DNA of 64,000 nt from NCBI GenBank assembly GCA_048939995.1, contig JBHLOY010000013.1:13333-77332 (forward strand). The letters are read 5' to 3'. Shown piece after piece: positions 44,730 through 55,300 of this stretch. How positions within the stretch are numbered: position 1 is the first letter of the stretch; every line of letters starts with the position of its first letter. The notes under the pieces were generated by a model. It had not been told where the DNA came from. It did no database searches and was given only the letters and a program-made list of their open reading frames with translations. A program made the translations under genes and the position numbers. This DNA is from Promethearchaeota archaeon (GTDB lineage Archaea; Asgardarchaeota; Lokiarchaeia; Sigyniarchaeales; SOKP01).

Positions 44730-45623
44730 ATGGATGATAGAGACTTAGAACTTTTAAAATTACTACTTTTCGATGGACGTATTTCATATGAATCAATTGC
44801 AAAGAAAATTAAGATAACTCCCTATTTAGTTAAAAAACGGATTAAAGAGCTTATGGATTTGGGAGTAATAATGAAATTCACAACAAATCTCAATTTTTTA
44901 ATGTTTCAAAAATCAGTGTGCTATACTCTTGCTGAAGTAAAAAATAGTACCGATCAACATGATTTAATTAATCGTATTGGAAAATTAGATGAGGTCACTG
45001 GAGGGGCAATTTCTCTTCAAAATAAAATGCAAATTATTCATACCTATTCTAATGACTATGACTTTAAGAAAAATCTTGAAACTTTAATGCAATTTGAAGA
45101 AATTGAAAGCATAGAAAATTTCATTTTACTCATTCCTCCAGATTTAGGCTTCAAAAATAAAAGATTGACTAAAACAGATTGGAAGATAATTAATATTATC
45201 AAAGACGATTGTAGAAAAACCGATATAGAAATCGCAAATGAGCTAAGGATCTCATCTAAGACTGTCAAAAGAAGACTAAGCTATCTCACAGGAAATAAAA
45301 TCATTCTTTTCATGATCGACCTTGATACCAGTGCCGCAGACTTCCTCTCTTATTTGCTAATCGTTAAATTCCAGAGAATTGCATCTGAATCCTATAATAA
45401 AGTCTTAAGTATAATTAAAAATTACTTCTACGTATGGAAAGTTGCTAACCAAGAAGCATTCATTTTCACAGTATTTATAAACCAATTGAGAGAAATTGAC
45501 GAACAAGTAAAAGAAATTCAAGAGATTCCATATGTAAAAGATGCAATCAGTTTTGTACCCATTAAAATGTTTTATTTTGAGAATTGGATTGATGATCTGA
45601 TTAAAAAAAATGCTTTGGATTAA
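44730..45623 (+). CDS. Lrp/AsnC-family regulator with two tandem HTH-RAM units
   Basis: MDDRDLELLKLL..DGRISYESIA..VKKRI and LTKTDWKII..DCR..EIANELRISSKTVKRRL. Confidence 0.88.
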   Translation: MDDRDLELLKLLLFDGRISYESIAKKIKITPYLVKKRIKELMDLGVIMKFTTNLNFLMFQKSVCYTLAEVKNSTDQHDLINRIGKLDEVTGGAISLQNKMQIIHTYSNDYDFKKNLETLMQFEEIESIENFILLIPPDLGFKNKRLTKTDWKIINIIKDDCRKTDIEIANELRISSKTVKRRLSYLTGNKIILFMIDLDTSAADFLSYLLIVKFQRIASESYNKVLSIIKNYFYVWKVANQEAFIFTVFINQLREIDEQVKEIQEIPYVKDAISFVPIKMFYFENWIDDLIKKNALD

Positions 45624-45656
45624 GCAGCTTTTTCTTAAAAAAAGAAATTGTAAGGA

Positions 45657-46331
45657 CTATGCAATCATGACAAAAGCACCTAAAATATGGGAAAGAATAC
45701 TCCACCAAATTGTATTAGTCCATTTAGCTAATAATGAAAGATATATTCCAAAAAATGCAGATCCTATAACTAAGCCTAGAGCATTAGAATTTGGGGACAG
45801 AGATCCTGATGCAAAGTGAAACAAGGCATACCAGATAGTGGGATAGATAATTCTTAAGAAATTATTGTTAGGATAGAGTTCCATATACACCCCACGCCAT
45901 AAAATCTCTTCGAAGGTACCATTCCCGAAAGCACTTATAACCAAAAATATTACTCCAAGAATACTTATTTTATCAAATTCGATCCCCGAAATAAACCTGA
46001 AAATCAATGCCATAAACACTGGAAATAAAATTGCTGGGATTAATTTCGGTTTGAATTTTTGAGGAGAACTTAATTTTTTAATATTTTCAAATCCAATAAG
46101 CCAGTTGGAAAATATTAATCCACAAAGCATCCAATACACAAACAATCCTAAATACCAACCAAGCTCTGCTCCAAAAAACATACCGAATAAGGTATAAATA
46201 AAATACATGATCAGCATTAAAATAGGAGGTGCGACTATTCCTGCAATTCTTTTAATTTTTTTCTTTGGTCTTGGAGTTACATCTCGCTTTTTTATAGTTT
46301 CGTTCAAATCTTCATACTTTAATTCATTCAT
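45657..46331 (-). CDS. CPBP intramembrane protease
   Basis: EEILWRG, WYALFH, ILSH. Confidence 0.85.
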   Translation of the reverse strand: MNELKYEDLNETIKKRDVTPRPKKKIKRIAGIVAPPILMLIMYFIYTLFGMFFGAELGWYLGLFVYWMLCGLIFSNWLIGFENIKKLSSPQKFKPKLIPAILFPVFMALIFRFISGIEFDKISILGVIFLVISAFGNGTFEEILWRGVYMELYPNNNFLRIIYPTIWYALFHFASGSLSPNSNALGLVIGSAFFGIYLSLLAKWTNTIWWSILSHILGAFVMIA

Positions 46332-46531
46332 TATGAATCACAAGATTCTATAGAAATTTATCTTCATATAAATCAATGTTTACAGTAAAACAAATAAAAG
46401 AGATAAATAGTAGATGACTAATCTAATAATTTTTATTTTACTAAGGTAATAAATAATAATAAAATGACAACTTTTTCAACTTAAAAGGAAAAAAAAACTA
46501 AATATCAAAAAGCCAATATGGTGGAATTCAT

Positions 46532-47839
46532 ATGACTGGAAAAAACAGTATCTCATATGACTGGAAGAAACTATTTTCTCAAAAATGTACCTCAAAAGAG
46601 GAAGCGATCTCAAATATAGAGTCTGGGAATAGAGTGGTCTTTGGACATGCTGCGGGGGAACCAATTGTTTTAGTAGATGAACTTGTAAAACAAAAAGATC
46701 GTTTATATAATGTTGAGATTGTACATATGGTTCCTCTTAGAGAGTGCCAATATTGCCTTCCTGAAATGAAATCCCATTTTCGCCACAACTCTTTGTTTGC
46801 AGGACCAGGAACGCGACAAGCAATAAGGGAAGGCAGAGCAGATTATACTCCAACATACTTTTCTGAAATTCCACGTCTCTTTAGAGACAATCTTTTACCA
46901 ATTGATATCGCTCTTATCCAACTTTCTCCGCCAAATGAACAGGGGTTCATGAGTTTTGGGATATCTGTGGATTATACCGTACAAGCAGCAAGATCTTCGA
47001 AAGTAGTAATTGCTGAAGTAAATAAGCAAATGCCTAAAACTAACGGGGTGAGTATCCACGTTTCAGATATTGATTATATAGTAGAAACTGACAGGCCCTT
47101 AATAGAAATTCCTCCTCCAAAAATAACACAAGTCGAAGAAAAAATTGGAAAAAATATTGCTAAGTTGATCCCAGATCAAGCAAATCTGCAATTAGGTATT
47201 GGTGGAATTCCAGATGCGTCATTGAAATTTCTTCATGAAAAGAAAGATCTAGGAATCCATACCGAAATGTTTTCTGATGGTGTAGTGGAACTATACGAAG
47301 GAGGAGTTATAACTAATAAATACAATAACCTACATAACGGAAAATTTATTGCTACTTTCTTAATGGGTACCAAGAAACTCTATCATTTTGTAGATAATAA
47401 TCCCAATGTTGAAATGCATACTGTTGATTATACCAATAACATTATAATAGCTGGTAAGGTTAAAAACTTAATTTCTATTAATTCTGCTCTCCAAGTGGAC
47501 TTATTTGGTCAAATATGTGCTGATACCCTCGGATATCAGCAATACTCTGGAGTTGGGGGGCAAGTTGATTTTGTTAGAGCGTCAGCTCTCTCTCCAGGAG
47601 GTAAATCTATTATTGCCTTGCCATCAACAAACAAAAAAGAAACAATTAGTAGAATTGTTTCTAAGTTGGACGATGGATCATGTGTAACTACCTCACGGAA
47701 TGATGTTCATTACATTGTAACTGAATATGGGATTGCTAATTTGCGGGGAAAAACAGTACGTCAACGGGCAAATGATTTAATTAGTATTGCTCATCCAGCT
47801 TTTCGTGCTCAACTTAAAGAATGTTTTTTAAATTATTGA
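46532..47839 (+). CDS. 4-hydroxybutyrate/acetyl-CoA hydrolase-transferase family (Cat2-like)
   Basis: LQLGIGGIP, LGIHTEM, SINSALQVDLFGQ, SGVGGQVDF, VTEYGIANLRGK, IAHP. Confidence 0.93.
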   Translation: MTGKNSISYDWKKLFSQKCTSKEEAISNIESGNRVVFGHAAGEPIVLVDELVKQKDRLYNVEIVHMVPLRECQYCLPEMKSHFRHNSLFAGPGTRQAIREGRADYTPTYFSEIPRLFRDNLLPIDIALIQLSPPNEQGFMSFGISVDYTVQAARSSKVVIAEVNKQMPKTNGVSIHVSDIDYIVETDRPLIEIPPPKITQVEEKIGKNIAKLIPDQANLQLGIGGIPDASLKFLHEKKDLGIHTEMFSDGVVELYEGGVITNKYNNLHNGKFIATFLMGTKKLYHFVDNNPNVEMHTVDYTNNIIIAGKVKNLISINSALQVDLFGQICADTLGYQQYSGVGGQVDFVRASALSPGGKSIIALPSTNKKETISRIVSKLDDGSCVTTSRNDVHYIVTEYGIANLRGKTVRQRANDLISIAHPAFRAQLKECFLNY

Positions 47840-47915
47840 TCAAAAACAGGAGAATATTACAAAAATGTCAAACTAAATCGTAAAGCTATTTAAAGATAAA
47901 CTCTAAATTGATTTT

Positions 47916-48746
47916 ATGACTGAACAAAATGCACAAATTGGTGATATTAAACTCTGTTATGAAATTTTAGGAAAGGAGGATGGATATCCCATACTCTTAA
48001 TTCATGGATTTGGCGTTAAAAAAGAAGTATGGATGTGTCAAGTGGGGGAATTATCTCAACATTTTAGAGTAATTAGATTTGATAACAGAGGATCTGGAAA
48101 AAGTAGTCGACCAGCAGGAACTACTATGGAAATGTTTGCAGATGATACGGCAAATTTACTTGATTATCTTAAGATTGAAAAAGCTCATGTTATGGGCTGG
48201 AGCCTTGGAGGCATGATTGCTCAAAATTTTGTTTTAAAGTACCCAGAAAAAGTAGACAAGCTAATTCTTATTTGTACAGTACCAGGATACCCAACAGAAG
48301 AAGGTCCAGAGATGTATCAAAAAATGCGTCTTTACGAACTCGAAATTGGACCCGAAAAAGCATTTTGGGAAACTGCCCGAGCTAACTTCCATTCTACTTA
48401 TAGGAGAGAAATGGAAAAAGATCCAAAGAAGAAGTTTTTTGGAATCTGGTCTGCACAAGAGTTTATTGAATTCCTAAGTATGGATCCTGCAACTCCTCAA
48501 GATATCAAAAATCAAGCAGCAGCACTTAAAACGCATAATACTTATGAAAGATTGAAAGAAATTAAAAATGAAACGCTTCTTATCGCAGCTTCTCATGATA
48601 GATTAACTGCTCAAATAACTATGGAAGAAATGAACCAGAAAATCCCAAATAGCTCTCTTATTGTCATTCAAAAGGCAGGTCATTATGCTCCGATGACTAG
48701 AACTCCTGAAGTTAATAAAGCTATAATGGAGTTTTTGCAAAAATGA
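47916..48746 (+). CDS. Alpha/beta hydrolase
   Basis: LIHGFG, FDNRGSG, GWSLGG nucleophile, HD, AGH. Confidence 0.92.
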   Translation: MTEQNAQIGDIKLCYEILGKEDGYPILLIHGFGVKKEVWMCQVGELSQHFRVIRFDNRGSGKSSRPAGTTMEMFADDTANLLDYLKIEKAHVMGWSLGGMIAQNFVLKYPEKVDKLILICTVPGYPTEEGPEMYQKMRLYELEIGPEKAFWETARANFHSTYRREMEKDPKKKFFGIWSAQEFIEFLSMDPATPQDIKNQAAALKTHNTYERLKEIKNETLLIAASHDRLTAQITMEEMNQKIPNSSLIVIQKAGHYAPMTRTPEVNKAIMEFLQK

Positions 48747-48777
48747 TTTTTAATTAATTTTTTTCTTATTTTTTATT

Positions 48778-51700
48778 CTAAACTTCAGGAATTAAAATGA
48801 CAAAATTATCTCCTTCTACCCATATTCGCCCATTGTAATTATTTAAAATACGCACTACTAAGAGAAAGCCTAAAATTATTTCTTTAATTCTGCTATTTTG
48901 AATTCCTTTCTGAAAGATCATATGTTTCTCTATATTTGAGATTTCTTTTTTATAGTCAACAAATTTTATTTTAACATAATTTAGGTCATTTTCTTCACTT
49001 CTATTAATAATGATTTTAAAATTAATTGAAGGTTTTTTACTATATCTAATCGAGCTTATAAGAATATTAACAATCACATCTATTAGAAACTTATCAGCTT
49101 TTACATATAAGCGCTCAGTGGGGTGTTCAACTATTATGTTAATTTTTTTATTAGTATAACTACTAGTTATAAAATCTATAACATCATCAATAATACTATA
49201 TAGATCTACTTTTCCAATTACAATTTTAGCTTCATTAAGTACTGTTAATTTTTGTATTATGTATATTAAAAGTTGTGCGTTTATACATTGACTCTTTATA
49301 CTATCTAATAATTCTCCTGAAATTTGTGGAAGAAATTGATTATCTCGTTTGAAATATTCATCTAATGATGATTGAAGGGTACTTATTATATTATTCATGT
49401 CATTAACAAATAATTCTTTATAGAAATACTCTCTATCAAATTCTTCATGGAAAGATTCTTCACTAGAACGTAAATTATCTTCAGCTAACTTACGCAATAT
49501 AGCATTTTTAAGGATGTCTGAAAAAATACCTAGTATTTCAAGATTTCCTTCATTCCAGTAATCTTTTTCTGATAAATTATCAAAACAAATTATACCTTCT
49601 AATTCATCGTTAATTTTTATTGAAAATACCAGTATATCTTCAACATTTTGCTTTTCAAGGAAGCCTTTAAAACTGTTAGCGTAATAAGGAAGTTTAGTAA
49701 CTTCATTAATATAAAAGTGGTCAGAGGTCTCTAATTTCTCAATTACCCATGGAAAATTGTTTATTGATATAAATGGAGGTAATTCAATTTGAGGATAAAT
49801 CAATTTACCATACCAAAGATAATTTCTTCTCATGAAATTATAATTATTACTAAAAATATAAATATAGGCTCGAGCAGCATTAAGAAATTCTCCAATCTCT
49901 CTAAGAGAATCGTAAATAGCTTGGTTAAAGTCTTTTAAACCAACAAATCTCGAAATAATTCTCGCAAGAATACCTTCTAACTTAGAGATTGACTTGAGAT
50001 CCTGCTCTGTCTTTTTTTGCTCTGTTACATCATGACAAATTATTTGATAGAACGTTTCATTACCAATCTCGACAAAAGATGATTGCATATTTACCCAAAT
50101 GAGATTTCCATCTTTCTGATAAAGCTGAATTTCCAATGGTGGAAAATCTGTATTTCTCTCTTCTTTTTTAAACCTATTAAGAACCTCTATTAGATAATTT
50201 TCATGTAATATCGAAAGATCAACGAACTTCTTCCCTATTAATTCTTCCCTTGTATAACCCAAAGTTTTTTCTAAAGCAGGATTGCAATCAACTATGGAAC
50301 CATTTGGATTAATTAAAAGAATTGAAAAAGGTGAATCTTTAAATAGATGACGATATCTAATTTCTGAGTTTTTTAGTTTAATTTCAGCTTCCATTCTTTT
50401 ACTAATATCTCGAATTATGTATTGAATGAAGACCTGTCCTCCCATTTGAACTTCACTTACACTTATTTCAACCGGAATTAGGTTACCCGCATTATCTACA
50501 ACATCTAATCTTAAAGGAAGTGGATTATTAAGTTCATCGAATATTTCAGCATTAAAGTCTATGTTAATTATATCACTTAGTAATTGATTTGAATGGGATC
50601 CAATAAAATCTTCAAAAGGACGTTGAAATAATTCTTCTGCTTGTTCATTAGCATCTATTATAATTCCTGATTTTTTATCAATTATTAAAATTGCATCTCG
50701 AGCAGCCTTAAATAAAACCTCATATCTTAATTCAGCAATTTTAAGTGCTTCAATTGAAGGTTTATATATATCAATTTGATGAATTATGGTACTATGAGTC
50801 TCTCTAAGAACGTCTAGTACTTGAGTATTATTTAAATAGTTATTTTTTATGTGATCAAATTGTTTAAGAATAAAATGACTAAATTGGTTTATAATAGTTT
50901 TCGGAATCTTATCATTGTAATAAATTATTAATGATAAAGGTAATATGCCCCCTCTAATACTTTCATCGGCTACATAATCAAAATAAATCGCAGCATTTGA
51001 ATTTAAGTGAGGAAATGGTAAAATTACTGAAGCGCGCTTAAATTCTCCTCCTCCAAAAATATATTGTGAAATTGAAAAGCTTTTTACAGATATTAGTTCA
51101 GGATTCTCGAAAGCATCTTTAGGGTAAACTTCTTCGATCTTAACTCCTAAATTCTCGTCCCATCGACAAAATATTATCCCAATCTCTCTTCTTGGGGTAT
51201 AAGTTTCAATCCTCTCTGCTATTTTAAGCGAAAGCCAATTAAATGCTTCATCAATATTAATATTATTAACTCCGCTTGTTAGGAAGTATTTCAATGGGGT
51301 TTTTCCGAGTTTTTCCAAACCCATAACTTCTACTAGGTCATTTATATTTGGTTCTTCCAAATCAATCTTATTAAAGAGAATGAGAAGAGGCAATTCACTT
51401 AATTCTGGCATCGCTACTACTTCATGTAATAGTTTACGTGCATCCGGAAATTTTATTTTATCTGTAATATCTAATACAAAGACCAAACCATCTTGTCCTT
51501 TTAGATAAGGTTTCCATATTTCCTTAAATTTTGTCTGTCCAGGCGTATCATAAGTTAGTAATGATACGTTATTAACTAAGAATCTTGAAATATCAACACT
51601 TATGGTTGGAAATAATGTTTTTGATACTGATTTTCTTCTTGTTCGAATAATAGTTGTTTTTCCTGCCAATGAAAGTCCAAAAAGTAAAATTTTTGCCTCC

Positions 51701-52146
51701 TTTTGCTCAAATATGACTTGTTCTTCTGGAAAAGATAAATTAAAAGTGTTTAACAGCTCTTTGATTTCTTCTAACTTTTCTCGATCTCCTTGATAAACTT
51801 GAGAATCCACATAAAAAGCTTTATAGGCTTTTTTAATTTTACTAAATTCTTCCACAAATCCTTCTAAAAGCTCTTGAGCTAAAGTGCTTTTAATTTTATT
51901 TTTATTATCAACTATTATTGATATTAAAAGGCGTTCCTTTTTTGTTCTTGAATATTTACTTGGTATATCAAACAATAAATTAGCCGTTTTAAAAGTTCCA
52001 AACATATGAATAAAAAAACCATGGTCATAAAGCTCTATTAAGGTCGGTACTTGCTTAATATCCTCCCTTTCAATTGTTTCAGGCACTTTTAGAAACATAT
52101 ATGGGGGGAAAAACGGATTCCGGTGACTCAGCATTAAAATTCTCAA
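48778..52146 (-). CDS. Multidomain signalling protein: longin/uDENN-like, Arf-like GTPase, longin/uDENN-like, PAS-PAS, GAF, degenerate HisKA/HATPase
   Basis: GLSLAGKTT, DTPGQ, NKID, TSG; IIFCRWDENLGVKIEEVYP; IIDANEQA..RDIS, DCNPA..HDVT; RAYIY..GIICFD; LFVNDMNN. Confidence 0.85.
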   Translation of the reverse strand: MRILMLSHRNPFFPPYMFLKVPETIEREDIKQVPTLIELYDHGFFIHMFGTFKTANLLFDIPSKYSRTKKERLLISIIVDNKNKIKSTLAQELLEGFVEEFSKIKKAYKAFYVDSQVYQGDREKLEEIKELLNTFNLSFPEEQVIFEQKEAKILLFGLSLAGKTTIIRTRRKSVSKTLFPTISVDISRFLVNNVSLLTYDTPGQTKFKEIWKPYLKGQDGLVFVLDITDKIKFPDARKLLHEVVAMPELSELPLLILFNKIDLEEPNINDLVEVMGLEKLGKTPLKYFLTSGVNNINIDEAFNWLSLKIAERIETYTPRREIGIIFCRWDENLGVKIEEVYPKDAFENPELISVKSFSISQYIFGGGEFKRASVILPFPHLNSNAAIYFDYVADESIRGGILPLSLIIYYNDKIPKTIINQFSHFILKQFDHIKNNYLNNTQVLDVLRETHSTIIHQIDIYKPSIEALKIAELRYEVLFKAARDAILIIDKKSGIIIDANEQAEELFQRPFEDFIGSHSNQLLSDIINIDFNAEIFDELNNPLPLRLDVVDNAGNLIPVEISVSEVQMGGQVFIQYIIRDISKRMEAEIKLKNSEIRYRHLFKDSPFSILLINPNGSIVDCNPALEKTLGYTREELIGKKFVDLSILHENYLIEVLNRFKKEERNTDFPPLEIQLYQKDGNLIWVNMQSSFVEIGNETFYQIICHDVTEQKKTEQDLKSISKLEGILARIISRFVGLKDFNQAIYDSLREIGEFLNAARAYIYIFSNNYNFMRRNYLWYGKLIYPQIELPPFISINNFPWVIEKLETSDHFYINEVTKLPYYANSFKGFLEKQNVEDILVFSIKINDELEGIICFDNLSEKDYWNEGNLEILGIFSDILKNAILRKLAEDNLRSSEESFHEEFDREYFYKELFVNDMNNIISTLQSSLDEYFKRDNQFLPQISGELLDSIKSQCINAQLLIYIIQKLTVLNEAKIVIGKVDLYSIIDDVIDFITSSYTNKKINIIVEHPTERLYVKADKFLIDVIVNILISSIRYSKKPSINFKIIINRSEENDLNYVKIKFVDYKKEISNIEKHMIFQKGIQNSRIKEIILGFLLVVRILNNYNGRIWVEGDNFVILIPEV

Positions 52147-52324
52147 AGATAATAGCCCTTATGCATCATTATAAAATTACTTTTTCTTACTAATTAATCG
52201 AGTTATCTAATAAAAATATATTTGATATTAAAATTGCAAATGGTCCTCTTCGAGATAGAACAAAAAGGTCGCAATTTATATATAACTTCTAAATATAACT
52301 ATTTTAAATCTATAAGATTCTTCA

Positions 52325-52524
52325 ATGATGATTAAAATGAAAAATAAATTCATTTTAATTTTAGGAATCTAGTTATCATTACCTTGATAACACCCTTACA
52401 CCCAAATCAAAACAACAGCAGAGTAAAAAAAGAACTAAAGACATCTGCATTGACTGAAATAAGTGTTGTGATAACTATTAATGATTTGCCCAGGAGCTCT
52501 ACAAATTGGACTTGGGCAGGTTAA
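52325..52524 (+). pseudogene. Frameshifted N-terminal remnant of a secreted (NosD-type) surface protein
   Basis: MKNKFILILGI / frameshift / LVIITLITP...ELKTSALTEISVVITINDLPRSSTNWTWAG*. Confidence 0.45.
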
Positions 52525-52761
52525 GGAAAAATTGTTATTGGAATAATGGGGCTGTTAATTCAGTTTAATGGGGAAATAAGAATGACATAAATTTATTAGA
52601 AAATTCAAATTTTTTATTTTCCAAAAATAAGTACTCAAATTCAAATTTTATATTATATGAAAAATAAGTATTTTAATATCATTATTTTTATCTCAAATGT
52701 GAGTAATAAAATCGCAAGATTAATTTACAAAATAAAGGAAAATCTTTACGGTTGATATAAA

Positions 52762-53484
52762 GTGGCAATAAATTATGACTATCTTTTTAAGACAATTGCT
52801 ATAGGAGATGGTGGCGTAGGTAAAACTGCATTAACTGTAAGATTTTCAACGGGATTATTTGCTGAAGATTATAAAATGACAATTGGGGTAGACTTTCATG
52901 TTAAAACACTTCCTATAGAAACGACTGAAGGTACATTTAAATGCAAATTACAATTATGGGATACTGGAGGGCAAGAAAGGTTCAATGCAATCAGACCTGT
53001 TTATTATCGAGGTTCTTCAGGGGGGGTGTTAGTTTTTGATCTTACTAATTATTTAAGTTTTAAGCATCTTCCTCGATGGATAGAAGAGGTTCGGACTAAT
53101 ACAACCAGTAATATCCCTTTATTACTTGTAGGTAATAAAAGTGATCTATCAGAGCTAAGAACTGTCTCGATTAGAGAAATCAATGAGTTTACTAAAGATT
53201 CCAACCTTTATTATATGGAAACCTCAGCTAAAACCGGTGAGGGTGTTGGAGATTGCTTCTATATCATGGCATGTCTTATGATTGGGGCTGGAGTGCCTGA
53301 AAAATTAATAGCCAGTGAAACCGTTTTTAGTCCAGGGAGAATCACATTAAAAGAGCATCCAGTATCTAGCCCAACACATAAACCTCCATCTGATGATAAG
53401 CTTCTTTTTCCTTCTATTTTTAAACCTCCAGATGATTTAGGTTTTGATACTAAAGCAAGTAAAAATAAAAAAAGTAGGAAGTAA
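52762..53484 (+). CDS. Rab-like small GTPase with Pro-rich tail
   Basis: YDYLFK, GDGGVGKT, YKMTIGVDF, WDTGGQERF, YYRG, GNKSD, ETSAK. Confidence 0.95.
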   Translation: MAINYDYLFKTIAIGDGGVGKTALTVRFSTGLFAEDYKMTIGVDFHVKTLPIETTEGTFKCKLQLWDTGGQERFNAIRPVYYRGSSGGVLVFDLTNYLSFKHLPRWIEEVRTNTTSNIPLLLVGNKSDLSELRTVSIREINEFTKDSNLYYMETSAKTGEGVGDCFYIMACLMIGAGVPEKLIASETVFSPGRITLKEHPVSSPTHKPPSDDKLLFPSIFKPPDDLGFDTKASKNKKSRK

Positions 53485-53584
53485 ACTTTATTCCCTAGAC
53501 TTTAATATTGAAACATGCATTTATTGGCAGATTAATATCATAAAACCCCAAATTCTTTAAGTTTTAGATTTCTTAGAAGATATT

Positions 53585-54382
53585 ATGAAAGGTGAGAGAT
53601 TACGATCAGTTAGAGTAAATCCGACTATTGAATCATTATTTTACGACTACATCAAAGATGATTTTGCTGAATATTTTTTCTTCCACGTGGATTATGCTCA
53701 ATACCCCAAGGATACTGAAATTTACATGGCATTAGATGATAACAATAAGATTCACGGTATGATCCTAATCTGGAAGAATCGTAGGCTTCAATTGAGAGGA
53801 TCAAATGAGAGTTTGGAACTTTTATTGAATGAGGAATTATATACGCCAATTTCTGTGACTGGTTTTGAAGATCATAAAGAAATAATAACAAGATACTTTC
53901 CTGATTATACAAAAGAAATTGCAATGTACCGTATGAGTTTGAAGAAAGGTGAACAGAAGGATTTTGAAAAATATCCATATGAAATCTTAAAAGAAGCTAA
54001 CAGAAAAGATATTGCTTTGTTCATGAGAAATGCGGATCCTATATATTGGGGCTCTCGTAGTTTAGAGGATATTTTAATGGATGAGAATAACAAGTGGTTT
54101 GGCATTCTTAAGAATGGAAAATTGATATGTGTTACAGCGGTTTGGAACTATCAAAATGTTGGATATATAACGGTTGTTGGAACTGATCCTGATCATTGGA
54201 ATAAAGGATTCGCCAGTTCATTAGTTTCTTCAGTATTGAGAGAAATGTTCCAAGATAAAGAGCAAGCTTTAATCACAGTTCGGATTAAGAATGATCCCGC
54301 TGTTCATACTTATAAAAAATTAGGCTTTTCAATTCGTAATACTCAATACTCTTTTGAGAGAGACCCTTTTATTAAAAAATAG
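53585..54382 (+). CDS. GNAT family N-acetyltransferase
   Basis: VGTDPDHWNKGFAS, NDPAVHTYKKLGF. Confidence 0.88.
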   Translation: MKGERLRSVRVNPTIESLFYDYIKDDFAEYFFFHVDYAQYPKDTEIYMALDDNNKIHGMILIWKNRRLQLRGSNESLELLLNEELYTPISVTGFEDHKEIITRYFPDYTKEIAMYRMSLKKGEQKDFEKYPYEILKEANRKDIALFMRNADPIYWGSRSLEDILMDENNKWFGILKNGKLICVTAVWNYQNVGYITVVGTDPDHWNKGFASSLVSSVLREMFQDKEQALITVRIKNDPAVHTYKKLGFSIRNTQYSFERDPFIKK

Positions 54383-54439
54383 ATAAAAATATCTATAAAA
54401 AATTCTATATATTTTTTAAAGGCTTTAATTCTGACTAAT

Positions 54440-54991
54440 TTGTTAAATAAAATGAAAAAAGATAATGAAAAGAACATATTTGACGATGTTTTAAAAAAAC
54501 TTTTGGCAGCTATCCCGGAAATAAAAGCCGCAGCAATAGTTTCTGCTGAAGGACTTCCCGTTGCTTCAGCGCTGCCCCGTAATTTAGATGAGGTAAGAGT
54601 AGCCGCTATGACTGGTGCTTTACTCTCCTTATCTGAAAGGGCTATTATCGAGATGAATAAAGGCGATTTTGATCAATTCTATATTAAAGGAAGCAATGGT
54701 TATCTCTTAATTCTACAAATTAATCCTGATTTAGCGTTAATAGTATCAGCAGATAAAGATGTTCGTCTTGGTCTAGCATTATTAGACTTAAGACGTACAT
54801 TTGGAGGGGATGATTTTCCATATCCGTATATATTCAAACCACCAGGACCAGGAGATTTAGGAGCTGTATCTCAAGCCCAAATAAAACCCAAAGTTAAGGA
54901 ATCAGGATATAAAACCTACTGTCAATATTGTGGTAAAGAAATCCTAAAAGAGGAGCAATTTCATCATAACTGCAGAAAAAAACCTAAATAG
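54440..54991 (+). CDS. Roadblock/LC7 protein with Pro-rich linker and zinc-ribbon tail
   Basis: AAAIVSAEGLPVASALP, RVAAMTGALLSLSERA, IKGSNGY, VRLGL; CQYCG..HHNC. Confidence 0.92.
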   Translation: MLNKMKKDNEKNIFDDVLKKLLAAIPEIKAAAIVSAEGLPVASALPRNLDEVRVAAMTGALLSLSERAIIEMNKGDFDQFYIKGSNGYLLILQINPDLALIVSADKDVRLGLALLDLRRTFGGDDFPYPYIFKPPGPGDLGAVSQAQIKPKVKESGYKTYCQYCGKEILKEEQFHHNCRKKPK

Positions 54992-55300
54992 AAAAAAAAC
55001 TCTAATAGAACTGAAGAAAACGTAAAAAGTCAAGAAGAGCATGATTGTTAATATCCTACTCTATAGTAAAATCTAATAAACTTCCAATTTCTAAGGTTTT
55101 TGGTTTAGAAATTACTTACTTTTTCTTTTTGTGAAAATTAAAAGTTAAATCAAAAATGTAAAAATTTCCATAGATATTATAAATGATTATGGTTTCTATC
55201 ATTATTACTTTTATTATCCAATGATGGATATATTCGAAAAAACCATAATTTTTACAGATAAATCAAAAAGTTTTCAATTATAGGAGTGAGAGAGTAAAAA

